Origin: Candidatus Moraniibacteriota bacterium
GTDB taxonomy: Bacteria; Patescibacteriota; Minisyncoccia; Moranbacterales; UBA1568
DNA: 64,000 nt
Assembly (NCBI GenBank): GCA_030648835.1
Contig: JAUSGT010000001.1
Coordinates: forward strand, 133,010 to 197,009
Direction of reading: 5' to 3'
Made by a program: the position numbers and the translations under genes. The notes beneath the pieces are model-generated. The model was not told where the DNA came from, did no database searches, and saw nothing but the letters and a program-made list of their open reading frames with translations. Positions 63,045-64,000 of this stretch are shown in pieces. The number at the start of each line of letters is the position of its first letter. Position 1 is the stretch's first letter.

Positions 63045-64000
63045 ATGGCCTTCTTAGAAAAACTCTTCGGATCCAACGAGCGGGAAATAAACCGATTCCG
63101 TCCGCTGGTGGAAGAAATCAACACGTTCGAACCGACGCTCCAAGCTTTGTCGGATGAGGAATTGAAAGGCAAGGCGCAAACCTTCAGAGAGCGTTTGGCG
63201 GCTGGTGAGATTTTGGATGATATTTTGCCGGAAGCCTACGCGGTCGTGCGCGAGGTGGCAAAACGGGTGATCGGGGAGCGACACTACGATGTCCAGATGC
63301 TTGGTGGTATTGCTCTTCATCATGGAAAAATCGCCGAAATGAAAACCGGTGAAGGCAAGACGCTTACCTCGACGTTACCGATATATCTGAACGCGCTTAC
63401 GGGGTTGGGCGTGCATGTCGTGACCGTCAATGATTATCTCGCCAAACGCGACTGCAATTGGATGGGACGCGTGTATGAGGCGCTCGGACTGACGACCGGA
63501 TGTATCGTGGGACAGAATGTTTCGTACCGCTATGAATCCCACGTGAAAGACGATAACGCGGTCAGTGTGGAGAACTTGTCTGCCGTTGGGCAGATGGAAA
63601 ACCTGATTCCGGCGACGCGCCAGGAAGCGTACCGCGCCGATGTCACCTATGGCACCAACAATGAATTCGGTTTTGACTATCTGCGCGACAATATGGTTTC
63701 CGAACTCGCCGAAATGGCGCAAAAGGAACTCAATTTTGCCATCGTGGACGAAGTGGACTCGATACTTATTGATGAAGCGCGCACCCCGCTTATCATTTCC
63801 GCGCCGGATATGGAGTCGACCAAGCTCTACGAAAAATTCGCCAGAATTGTGCCGCTGCTTGCCGCGGAAGTGGACTATGTCGTGGATGAAAAAATGAAAG
63901 TAGTGACACTGACCGACGAGGGGATGAACCATGTGGAGCGCTTGCTCGGGATGGGAAATATTTACGCGTCGGGAAATATTCAGTACGTGCATCATCTGGA
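63045..64000 (+). CDS. secA: preprotein translocase ATPase SecA (N-terminal part; continues beyond the window)
   Basis: Hand-translated N-terminus [51 protein letters not shown]...[38 protein letters not shown] is co-linear with E. coli SecA residues 1-210. Absent from the ORF track because there is no stop codon before the window ends. Confidence 0.9.
   Translation, partial: MAFLEKLFGSNEREINRFRPLVEEINTFEPTLQALSDEELKGKAQTFRERLAAGEILDDILPEAYAVVREVAKRVIGERHYDVQMLGGIALHHGKIAEMKTGEGKTLTSTLPIYLNALTGLGVHVVTVNDYLAKRDCNWMGRVYEALGLTTGCIVGQNVSYRYESHVKDDNAVSVENLSAVGQMENLIPATRQEAYRADVTYGTNNEFGFDYLRDNMVSELAEMAQKELNFAIVDEVDSILIDEARTPLIISAPDMESTKLYEKFARIVPLLAAEVDYVVDEKMKVVTLTDEGMNHVERLLGMGNIYASGNIQYVHHL

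Noticed and set aside
1-64000. Search for transposase, integrase or IS coding sequences to explain the MITE family
   Set aside because: No ORF in the window has recognisable DDE, serine- or tyrosine-recombinase features. The elements are non-autonomous here; any mobilising enzyme must be encoded elsewhere, if it still exists.

Overview
This 64 kb window is a compact, almost entirely plus-strand-coded bacterial region with about 50% GC. Many start codons lack a Shine-Dalgarno sequence, the AspRS is the short form without a GAD domain, and there are DUF4012 and Wzz-like paralogues. These traits suggest a reduced-genome lineage such as Candidate Phyla Radiation/Patescibacteria; this is inference only. 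Housekeeping genes identified: murJ, lepA, trxA, yjbQ-like, pcm, mltG, aspS, mreBCD, mrdA, greA, lysS, serS, frr, rseP, trmD, a SEDS ftsW/rodA gene, murG, murC, murB, hpf and the 5' end of secA. Dispersed among them is a surface-polysaccharide toolkit of four GT4 glycosyltransferases, three Wzz-like co-polymerase paralogues, two DUF4012 proteins and a Wzy_C/O-antigen-ligase-like membrane protein. RNA genes: tRNA-Lys(UUU), and a tRNA-Val(CAC)-like sequence with a broken acceptor stem that overlaps the lysS stop codon. Three things stand out. (1) Seven copies of a roughly 120-130 bp MITE-like element with 20 bp terminal inverted repeats and 4 bp flanking direct repeats (TATG six times, TGTG once); in six of seven copies the right-hand repeat supplies the ATG start codon of the downstream gene. 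(2) Two tandem, roughly 130 nt structured RNA modules downstream of tRNA-Lys that reuse the tRNA-Lys 3' end and differ by compensatory base-pair changes. (3) A radical SAM/SPASM enzyme, a 43 aa Cys-containing peptide ORF and an AT-rich methyltransferase, all lying between the histidine kinase and response regulator of a two-component system. Compositional islands (an AT-rich two-peptidase island and a high-GC island of secreted proteins) and several other intergenic repeat families are also present.
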